Assembly: GCA_046726415.1 (NCBI GenBank)
Contig: JBKPAK010000341.1
Location: forward strand, 1-18,226
Length of the DNA: 18,226 nucleotides
DNA from: Candidatus Methylomirabilota bacterium
Lineage (GTDB): Bacteria > Methylomirabilota > Methylomirabilia > Rokubacteriales > CSP1-6
Direction of reading: 5' to 3'
Under the pieces are notes generated by a model that saw nothing but the letters and a program-made list of their open reading frames with translations, did not search any database and was not told the origin of the DNA. Of the stretch, positions 8,792 to 15,670 are shown one piece after another (the first letter of the stretch is position 1; each line of letters opens with the position of its first letter). A program made the position numbers and the translations under genes.

Positions 8792-10540
8792 CTAGCGAGC
8801 GATTGCGTGGGCACCGCGGCGCGGGTCGGCGCCGCCCCAGCGGGTGCCCTCGGGCCCGGCCAGCACCGCGCACACCGCGCCGGCGCGCCATTCCCACTCC
8901 GGCCACTCCGCCATCTCGTGGCCCATGACTGCGAGCGCTTCGCGCGTCTCACGCGGGATGCGGCGCTCCGCCTCGGCCTTCCCTGGCGCATAGGCGTGCG
9001 GCCAGAACGAGTCGGGGAAGCTGCGCGAAGCCACGCGCGGAGCCTCGATGGCCTGCTGCAGCGACATGCCGAACACTGTCACGTTCAGGAACACCTGCAG
9101 CAGGGCCTGTTGCTGTACGTCGCCGCCTGGAGTGCCGAAGGGCATGAAGAGCGCACCGTCCTTGAACGCCATCGCCGGGGCCGGGGTGAGACGTGGGCGC
9201 TTGCCCGGCGCCACCACCGAGGCGTGGGTGGGATCCAACCAGCCCTGCGAGCCTCGCGGCGACACCACGCAGCCCACGCCGGGCACCACCGGCGAATCGA
9301 CGTTGGGATCGCTCGGGGTCGCCGAGAAACCGTTGCCCTGCTCGTCCATCACGGCGACATAGCTGGTGTCGAGCCCGTCGTCGGAGCCACCGGCCAGCGG
9401 GAGCACGCGGCGGTCGCGGATTGGAGCAGTCCCGGCGTCGCCAGCGGGCGGCATCTCCTTCCAGGCGCGCTCTGCGACGAGCGCGCGGCGCGCGTCGGCG
9501 TAGGCTTTCGAGAGCAGGCGTTCGGTCGGAATCTTCACAAACTTCGGGTCGCCGTAGAACGCATCGCGATCGGCAAAGGCGAGTTTCACCGTCTCGAGCA
9601 GGCGATGGAGATACGCCGACGAGTTGTGGCCGAGCCGAGCGAGATCGACGCCATCGAGCAGATTCAGCATCTGGAGCAGGGCCGGTCCCTGGCACCAGAA
9701 ATCGCACGCGGCCACCTCGTACGCTCCGAAGCGCGTGCGGCGCACGGGGCCGACCTCAGCGCGGTACGCGGCGAGATCGTCATAGGCCAGCGGGCCGCCC
9801 TGCGCGCGGTGGAACTCGCTGATGCGCTTCGCCGTCTCGCCGCGGTAGAACTCGTCCACGGCGGCGCGGACGCCAGTCTCGCGCGAGCCGCCTACCTTCG
9901 CCTCGGCGCGCGCCATGCGCCTCAGCGTCTCCGCCAGCTCCGACTGCACCAGCCGCTCACCCATGCGGTAGGCGCGTCCATCGCGAAGATACAGGCTCGT
10001 CGATGTCGGCCAGCGGCGGTACTTGTCCGCGTTGGCGGCCATCTGATACGCCGAGAACGCCGACACGGGGAAACCCCGCTCGGCGTGCTCGATCGACGGC
10101 GCCGCCACATCGGCAAACGACATCGTTCCCCACCGCGCGAGGGCCTCGCCCCATGCGGCCGGCGCCGCGGGCACCACGGTCCGCGCCAGCCCCGGAGCGA
10201 TCTGGTTGCCATGGCGTTCTCTGAAATACTCGACAGTGGACACGCGCGGGTAGGGTCCCACCCCCGACACTTCCCACGTCTCGCTCGTCCGGGCGATGTG
10301 CACGATGATGGGCGCCACGCCGGCCACACTGACCATGTCCGGATGAACAGTGCCGAGACAGATTCCGGCGGCAACGCCCGCGTCGATGGCATTACCCCCG
10401 GCGCTGAGGATCCTCGCGCCGGCTTCGGAGGCGAGCGTGTGGCCGGCGGCCACCGCCCAGCGCGTTCCGATCACCTGGGGAGCCGACGTGGGCGAATGGA
10501 CGGGTGCTTTCTGCTGGGAGGAGATGGAGTCTAGGCTCAT
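8792..10540 (-). CDS. Gamma-glutamyltransferase-family Ntn hydrolase (non-canonical, amidohydrolase-like)
   Basis: 582 aa; GGNAIDAGVAA, FYRGE, KLAFADRD, autocleavage Thr in DTSYVAV, GTPGGD oxyanion motif, AIEAPR, GADPRR; no signal peptide seen. Confidence 0.92.
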   Translation of the reverse strand: MSLDSISSQQKAPVHSPTSAPQVIGTRWAVAAGHTLASEAGARILSAGGNAIDAGVAAGICLGTVHPDMVSVAGVAPIIVHIARTSETWEVSGVGPYPRVSTVEYFRERHGNQIAPGLARTVVPAAPAAWGEALARWGTMSFADVAAPSIEHAERGFPVSAFSAYQMAANADKYRRWPTSTSLYLRDGRAYRMGERLVQSELAETLRRMARAEAKVGGSRETGVRAAVDEFYRGETAKRISEFHRAQGGPLAYDDLAAYRAEVGPVRRTRFGAYEVAACDFWCQGPALLQMLNLLDGVDLARLGHNSSAYLHRLLETVKLAFADRDAFYGDPKFVKIPTERLLSKAYADARRALVAERAWKEMPPAGDAGTAPIRDRRVLPLAGGSDDGLDTSYVAVMDEQGNGFSATPSDPNVDSPVVPGVGCVVSPRGSQGWLDPTHASVVAPGKRPRLTPAPAMAFKDGALFMPFGTPGGDVQQQALLQVFLNVTVFGMSLQQAIEAPRVASRSFPDSFWPHAYAPGKAEAERRIPRETREALAVMGHEMAEWPEWEWRAGAVCAVLAGPEGTRWGGADPRRGAHAIAR

Positions 10541-10548
10541 GGCCGGAC

Positions 10549-10578
10549 ATCATACGCTGCCCCTCCCCACCCCGCCAA
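10549..10578 (-). promoter_or_regulatory. Putative promoter for the GGT-like gene / acyl-CoA ligase operon
   Basis: Minus strand TTGGCG (10578-10573), 18-nt spacer, TATGAT (10554-10549), then 8 nt to ATG 10540; no SD in between. Confidence 0.45.
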
Positions 10579-10644
10579 CCGGCCGATTCGGCCGCGGGCG
10601 ACGCTCCGAGGGAGCCCCTCGCTCGACCAGCGCCGGCAGCTATG

Positions 10645-10653
10645 TGCTACGCT
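10645..10653 (+). promoter_or_regulatory. Putative extended -10 (TGcTACGCT) giving a leaderless transcript of the PuuD-like gene
   Basis: TGn + TACGCT (10648-10653) followed by 6 nt and then ATG 10660; no SD. Confidence 0.5.
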
Positions 10654-10659
10654 CTCGCC

Positions 10660-11388
10660 ATGCGCGCCCCTCCCCTGATTGGCCTCACCACGTCGGAGAC
10701 CATCGACGCGTATCCGGAGCGGGCCTATACCAACGCGGCCTACATCAACGCGGTTCAGCGGGTGGGCGGGGTCCCCGTGCTCTTGCCGCCGCAGCTCATG
10801 GGCACGGCGCGCGACGCGCTGTGGAGCCGCCTCGACGCCCTCCTCCTCACCGGTGGGGGCGACATCGATCCTGCGCGGTACGGACAGCCCGCCCATACCA
10901 CGGTGTACGAGGTCTCCCCCGCGCGCGACGACCTGGAGTTGGACCTCACCTGCCGCGCGCTCGCCGAAGGCGTACCCCTCCTCGCGATCTGCCGCGGCAT
11001 CCAGGTTCTGAACGTCGCCCGGGGCGGAACGCTCGTGCAGGACATTACCGCGGCCGGCAGCTCGCTCATTCAGCACAGCCAGAAGGACAAGCGCCACGTG
11101 GCGACCCACGGGGTGAAGATCGAGACGGGCTCCCGCCTCGCCGCGATCCTGGGCGGGATGGCGCTGGAGGTGAACAGCCTGCATCATCAGTCGATCGACG
11201 TTCCCGGCGATGGTGTTCGGATCGTCGCCCGGTCCCTCGACGGGATCGTCGAGGGAGCCGAGATACGGGAGCATCCGTTCGCCCTCGCCGTCCAGTGGCA
11301 TCCGGAAGAGCTGGTCGGCCACGACCCCGCCGCGCGCAACCTCTTCCACGCGCTGGCCGAGGCCGCCCACCGTCGTTTCCGCGGTTGA
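10660..11388 (+). CDS. Peptidase C26 / gamma-glutamyl-gamma-aminobutyrate hydrolase family protein (PuuD-like class I glutamine amidotransferase)
   Basis: 242 aa from MRAPPLIGLT; LLLTGGGDIDP, nucleophile elbow AICRGIQ, VNSLHHQ, AVQWHPE (Cys-His-Glu triad). The family N-terminal PLIG motif supports the start at 10660. Confidence 0.92.
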   Translation: MRAPPLIGLTTSETIDAYPERAYTNAAYINAVQRVGGVPVLLPPQLMGTARDALWSRLDALLLTGGGDIDPARYGQPAHTTVYEVSPARDDLELDLTCRALAEGVPLLAICRGIQVLNVARGGTLVQDITAAGSSLIQHSQKDKRHVATHGVKIETGSRLAAILGGMALEVNSLHHQSIDVPGDGVRIVARSLDGIVEGAEIREHPFALAVQWHPEELVGHDPAARNLFHALAEAAHRRFRG

Positions 11389-11404
11389 GCACAAAATAGG
11401 GCAA

Positions 11405-11423
11405 GCCACCGCCGAGGCGTGGC
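11405..11423. terminator. Hairpin between convergent genes (possible weak terminator)
   Basis: GCCAcCGCCGAGGCGTGGC folds with one bulge; the minus strand has TATTTTGT a few nt downstream. Confidence 0.3.
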
Positions 11424-11435
11424 CGGGCTCGTTTC

Positions 11436-12287
11436 TCAGACGAGCGACCAGCGCGGGGGCGCGTCGGGAGTGAGCACTTCGCGGACGCGCCCTTCCTTCA
11501 GTAGCTTCTTGAGGTGCGACTGGACGGACTGCGCGGCCATCGGGTGCAACGCCACCGGCACGTCGGCGTAGATGCGCGCCACCATCGCGGGGATCGACTC
11601 GAGGCGGTCGGCCAGGGCAGCCAGGATCTGGCGCTCGCGCTCCAGACGGTGATCGATGTACTCTCGGATTTTGGCGGGCGCGTCCTCGATGACCGGTCCG
11701 TGCGCGGGGTAGATCCGCTCGACTGCGAGCTCCTGGAGTCGGCGCAGCGAGGCGAGGTAGTCGGCGAGATCGCCATCCTCGGCGGGGATGACGGTGGTCG
11801 AGCCCCCGAGGATCACGTCGCCGGTGAAGAGCGCCCTCTCCTCACGCAAGTAGTAGCAGAGATGGTCGGACGCATGTCCCGGGGTGTGGACAGACACCAA
11901 GGTCGCGCCGTCACCCTCGATGACCTCGCCGTCGCTGATGCTGTCGATGTCCTCGGGCAGCCCGCTGTCGCGGTAGATCATCTTCGCGACGTGCATTCCC
12001 CTGAAGCGACGGCGGAGTGACTCGACGCCCCCGAGGTGATCGCGATGACGGTGCGTCAGGATGATGCGCGACGGTTGCCGCCAACCCCGCTCCGCCAGGT
12101 ACTGCTCGAATAGCGCCAGGTACTCGGGCACGCCCGCGCCGGTATCGATCAGGATCGGATCGCGGCGGCCGACGAGATACGTGTTCGTTCCCGGCCCCGT
12201 CATGAGGCCGGGGTTCAGGCCGAGCACCCGACCCACCAGCGAGGTCGGCGTGGCCGTCTTCGGAAAGGCGGGATTGATCCAACTCAT
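11436..12287 (-). CDS. MBL-fold metallo-hydrolase, LACTB2-like, with C-terminal winged-helix domain
   Basis: 283 aa from MSWINP; NPGLMTGPGTNTYLVG, LIDTG, THRHRDH (HxHxDH), HTPGHASDH, FTGD, YPAHG, YIDHRLERERQI. ATG 12287 lies 28 nt after the livF stop. Confidence 0.9.
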   Translation of the reverse strand: MSWINPAFPKTATPTSLVGRVLGLNPGLMTGPGTNTYLVGRRDPILIDTGAGVPEYLALFEQYLAERGWRQPSRIILTHRHRDHLGGVESLRRRFRGMHVAKMIYRDSGLPEDIDSISDGEVIEGDGATLVSVHTPGHASDHLCYYLREERALFTGDVILGGSTTVIPAEDGDLADYLASLRRLQELAVERIYPAHGPVIEDAPAKIREYIDHRLERERQILAALADRLESIPAMVARIYADVPVALHPMAAQSVQSHLKKLLKEGRVREVLTPDAPPRWSLV

Positions 12288-12315
12288 AAGACCCCCAGGC
12301 CGCACCGCGTGCCGC

Positions 12316-13023
12316 TCATGACACCCCGAGGAAGCGTCGCTTGATGTTCTCGTCCGCATCCAGTGCGGCCGGAGAGCCATGGTACACAATCTGTCCCTTG
12401 CTCATGATGTACACGCGGTCGGCTACGCGAAGGGCCAGCGGCACGTTCTGTTCCACCAGCAGGATGCTCAACCCTTCGCCCTTCAGGCGCGCGAGCACGC
12501 GGCCGATCTCGCGGACGATGATCGGCGCCAGTCCCTCGGAGGGTTCGTCGAGGAGGAGCAGGCGCGGATTGGTCATCAGGGCCCGGGCCACCGCTAACAT
12601 CTGTTGCTCTCCACCGGACAGGGTGCCTCCGCTCTGGCCGGCGCGCTCGCGTAGGCGTGGGAAGATCGCGTAGACGCGGTCCAGCGTCCAACCGTCACCG
12701 GCACGGCGCGCTCCGAGGGTGAGATTTTCGATGACCGAGAGCGGCGCGAAGATTCGCCGGCCCTGAGGCACCAGCCCGATGCCCCGGCGGGCGATCTGGT
12801 ACGCCGCCGCGCCCTGCAGTGCGTCGTCGCCGAAGCGCACGCGGCCTTCGCGAGGCGGCGTGAAGCCCACGATCGTCCGGATCAGGGTGGTCTTGCCTAC
12901 CCCGTTGCGCCCGAGAATGGCCACCGCCTCGCCGGCGGCGACGGTCAGCGACACGCCGTGGAGGACATGGCTGTCCCCATAGTACGTGTGGACGTTTGCG
13001 ACTTCGAGTCCGGGCTCCTTCAT
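12316..13023 (-). CDS. livF: Liv-type ABC transporter ATP-binding subunit (LivF-like)
   Basis: 235 aa from MKEPGLEV; GRNGVGKT, LSGGEQQML, LLLDEPSEGLAP; ATGA overlap with the livG stop. Confidence 0.93.
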   Translation of the reverse strand: MKEPGLEVANVHTYYGDSHVLHGVSLTVAAGEAVAILGRNGVGKTTLIRTIVGFTPPREGRVRFGDDALQGAAAYQIARRGIGLVPQGRRIFAPLSVIENLTLGARRAGDGWTLDRVYAIFPRLRERAGQSGGTLSGGEQQMLAVARALMTNPRLLLLDEPSEGLAPIIVREIGRVLARLKGEGLSILLVEQNVPLALRVADRVYIMSKGQIVYHGSPAALDADENIKRRFLGVS

Positions 13024-13778
13024 TCCTCGCCCGTGCCCAAGTAGACCTCGTACACTCGCGCGTCGGCGCGCACCTCGTCCGGCGTGCCCTCCGCCAGCAC
13101 CTCGCCGTAGTGAAGCACAGTGATGCGGTCGGCCAGGGAGAACACCACGTCCATGTCGTGCTCGATGATGAGGAGCGTGACCGCGCGGGGCAGCCCGACC
13201 AGCAGTCGCGTCATGCGGTGGGTCTCCTCGGGCGACATCCCGGCGGTGGGCTCGTCGAGGAGGAGGAGGGTGGGCCCCGGCGCCAGGGCGATGCCCACCT
13301 CGAGTTGCCGCTGCTCGCCATACGAGAGCCGTCCCGCGGGGATGTCGAGACGCCCGGCCAGGCCGACGTCGTGCGCCACCTCGTGCGCGCGGGCCAGAGG
13401 CCGAGCCTGGCGCGTCACAGATCCGAGCAGGTCGTAGTTGCCGCGGTCGCGGGAGGCGGCGGCCAGGCGGAGATTCTCGAGCACGCTGAGGGTGGGGAAC
13501 AGGTTGTTGCGCTGAAAGGAGCGCGACAGTCCGCGTCGCGCCACGGCGTGCGGCGGCAGGCCGTTGATGACATCCCCGTCGAAGACGATCCGCCCGGCGC
13601 TGGGCGCGAGGACCCCGGTGATCATGTTGAACAGCGTGGTCTTGCCAGCGCCGTTGGGTCCAATGAGGGCCCGGCGCTCCTCGCGAGGAACCGCGAACGA
13701 GACTCCGTTGACGGCGCCCAGGGCGCCGAAGTAGCGCATCAACGCCTCGACAGACAGCAGGGGCACGGCCGTCCTCAC
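13020..13778 (-). CDS. livG: Liv-type ABC transporter ATP-binding subunit (LivG-like)
   Basis: 252 aa; GPNGAGKT, LSYGEQR, LLLDEPTAG, IEHDM, VYEVYLG; GTGA overlap with the livM stop. Confidence 0.93.
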   Translation of the reverse strand: MRTAVPLLSVEALMRYFGALGAVNGVSFAVPREERRALIGPNGAGKTTLFNMITGVLAPSAGRIVFDGDVINGLPPHAVARRGLSRSFQRNNLFPTLSVLENLRLAAASRDRGNYDLLGSVTRQARPLARAHEVAHDVGLAGRLDIPAGRLSYGEQRQLEVGIALAPGPTLLLLDEPTAGMSPEETHRMTRLLVGLPRAVTLLIIEHDMDVVFSLADRITVLHYGEVLAEGTPDEVRADARVYEVYLGTGEE

Positions 13779-14701
13779 GCGCGCAGGCCGATCCGACCGC
13801 GCAGGACGCCAACGAGGCCGCCGGGGGCGAAGAGCACGAACATGATGAAGGCGATGCCGAGGATCAGCATCCAGCGGTCGGTGTATGCGCTGACGAGGCT
13901 CTGCAGGAGAATGAACGTCGCCGCCCCGAGCACGGCGCCGCCCAGGGTCCCCGTTCCCCCGATGATGACCATCAGCAGGGCCTCGCCGGACGTCGTCCAG
14001 AAGAAGGCATCCGGTGAGATGGAGCCATTGAGCTGGGTGTAGCAGGCACCCGCCATACCGGCCACCGTCCCCGCGATGACGAAGGCCAGCAGTTTATAGT
14101 TCCGCACGACGTAGCCGATGGCCTCCATGCGCGCCTCATTCTCGCGAATGCCCTGCAATACGTGACCGAACGGTGACCAGGCGATCCGCCAGAGGGTCAG
14201 GGCGGCCACGGCGAACACCAGGACGAGAAAGAGGTGAAAGCTGGCGGGCTCGGCGAGATTCACCCCGACGAGGGATGCGCGCGGCACGCCGATGATGCCA
14301 TCCTCCGCCCCCAACCACGCGACTTGGAAGGTGTACGCGTAGAACATTTGCGAAAACGCGAGCGTCAACATGATGAAGTACACGCCACTGACGCGGATGG
14401 AGAAGAAGCCGATGAACAGGGCGGCCAGCGCCGTGGCCAGGCCCGGCCACACGAGCGCGGCCAGCAGCCCCGGCGCGCCTTTGAGGGCCAGCGCCGCCAC
14501 GTAGCCGCCGAGGCCGAAGAAGGCCGAGTGGCCGAAAGAAACCAGGCCAACCCGCCCCATGAGGAAATCGAGGCTCATGGCGAAGATGCCCCAGATCAAG
14601 ATCTCCTGAAGAAGCTTGACGGGATAGTTTCCCGCCACCACCGGGAAGAGCGCCGCCAGCACGAGGGCCGTGGCGAAGCCGGCTAGCGCCAGCCGCTTCA
14701 T
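13775..14701 (-). CDS. livM: Liv-type ABC transporter permease (LivM-like)
   Basis: 308 aa hydrophobic; GLVSFGHSAFFGLGGY, GVYFIMLTLAFSQM, IRENE, MVIIGGTGT. Confidence 0.92.
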   Translation of the reverse strand: MKRLALAGFATALVLAALFPVVAGNYPVKLLQEILIWGIFAMSLDFLMGRVGLVSFGHSAFFGLGGYVAALALKGAPGLLAALVWPGLATALAALFIGFFSIRVSGVYFIMLTLAFSQMFYAYTFQVAWLGAEDGIIGVPRASLVGVNLAEPASFHLFLVLVFAVAALTLWRIAWSPFGHVLQGIRENEARMEAIGYVVRNYKLLAFVIAGTVAGMAGACYTQLNGSISPDAFFWTTSGEALLMVIIGGTGTLGGAVLGAATFILLQSLVSAYTDRWMLILGIAFIMFVLFAPGGLVGVLRGRIGLRA

Positions 14702-14758
14702 TGGAGCGGGTGCCGCGGGGCCGGCATGTGACCTGCCCGGGGTGCCTGGAGCTTCATT
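14695..14758. repeat. 56-bp insertion bounded by 8-bp direct repeats (GCTTCATT) between livH and livM
   Basis: GCTTCATT at 14695-14702 and 14751-14758; removing one copy plus the 48 bp between them restores an ATGA livH/livM overlap. Confidence 0.65.
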
Positions 14759-15626
14759 TTAGAGGACGCCCGAAAAGTCCCTGCGGCCGGAGCAGGACGA
14801 CGAGCGCCATGACCACGTAGATAATCAGCATGGCGACCTCGGGCAGCCACGCCTTCCCGAAAGTCTCCGCCTGGCCGATGATCAGGCTGCCGGCCAGCGA
14901 GCCCTTCAGGCTGCCCAGCCCGCCGACCACCACCACGATGAGGGCGGGGATCAGGATCCCCACGCCCATGGCGGGAAATGCCGACTGAATGGGGCCCGCA
15001 ATCACCCCCGACAGCCCGGCGAGGGCGGCGCCGACGGCGAAGACGCCGGTGAACACGCGATGGATGTTGATGCCCAGCCCGGCGGTCATCTCGGCGTCGT
15101 AGACGCCCGCGCGGATGATCGATCCCAGCCGGGTCCGTTCGAGGAGAAGCCAGAGACCCACCGCCACGGTGAGCCCGAAGGCAATCACGAACAATCGGTA
15201 CGAGGGATAGGTGAAGTCGCCCACCGTCACCGAACTCGCGAAGAGCGCCGGGGCGGGGATCGACCGGATCTTGCCCCCGAAGATCGCCTTGATCAAGTCC
15301 TCGAAGAGATAGATGAACCCGAAAGTGAGCAGCACCTGGTCGAGGGGTGGACGGCGATAAAGTGGGCGCAAGCACACGCGCTCGATGCCCATCCCCACGA
15401 GGCCCACCGCCAGCGGGGCAGCCAGGAGCGCGAGCCAAAAACTGCCGGTGGCACTGATCATGACCAGCCCCGCGTAGGCCCCCAGCATGTAGAAGGAGCC
15501 GTGCGCGAGATTGACGACGTCAAGCATGCCGAAGATCAACGTCAGCCCCACCGCGAGCAAGAACAGCAACGCGCCGTAGGCCAAGCCGTTGAGGGTCTGG
15601 GCCGCGAGGTCGGCGAAGACGAGCAC
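14754..15626 (-). CDS. livH: Liv-type ABC transporter permease (LivH-like)
   Basis: 290 aa hydrophobic; NGLAYG, GLTLIFGMLDVVNLAHG, RTRLGSIIRA, VVVVGGLGS, RPQGLFG; GTG start. Confidence 0.92.
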   Translation of the reverse strand: MLVFADLAAQTLNGLAYGALLFLLAVGLTLIFGMLDVVNLAHGSFYMLGAYAGLVMISATGSFWLALLAAPLAVGLVGMGIERVCLRPLYRRPPLDQVLLTFGFIYLFEDLIKAIFGGKIRSIPAPALFASSVTVGDFTYPSYRLFVIAFGLTVAVGLWLLLERTRLGSIIRAGVYDAEMTAGLGINIHRVFTGVFAVGAALAGLSGVIAGPIQSAFPAMGVGILIPALIVVVVGGLGSLKGSLAGSLIIGQAETFGKAWLPEVAMLIIYVVMALVVLLRPQGLFGRPLK

Positions 15627-15638
15627 GCGCGGGTGACA

Positions 15639-15659
15639 GGGCCGGCGTGCACCCGGCCC
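15639..15659. other. Intercistronic hairpin between the binding-protein gene and livH
   Basis: GGGCCGG-CGTGCAC-CCGGCCC; this is the usual position of mRNA-stabilising hairpins after SBP genes in ABC operons. Confidence 0.5.
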
Positions 15660-15670
15660 CGCGACGCCTC

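Noticed and set aside
8495..10534. 679-aa + strand ORF antisense to the GGT-like gene
   Set aside because: Arg/Gly/His/Ala-rich with no recognisable motif; the expected shadow ORF of a high-GC gene.
12316..13812. 498-aa ORF suggesting a long or fused LivF
   Set aside because: The N-terminal part is out-of-frame overlap with livG; the real start is ATG 13023 with an ATGA overlap.
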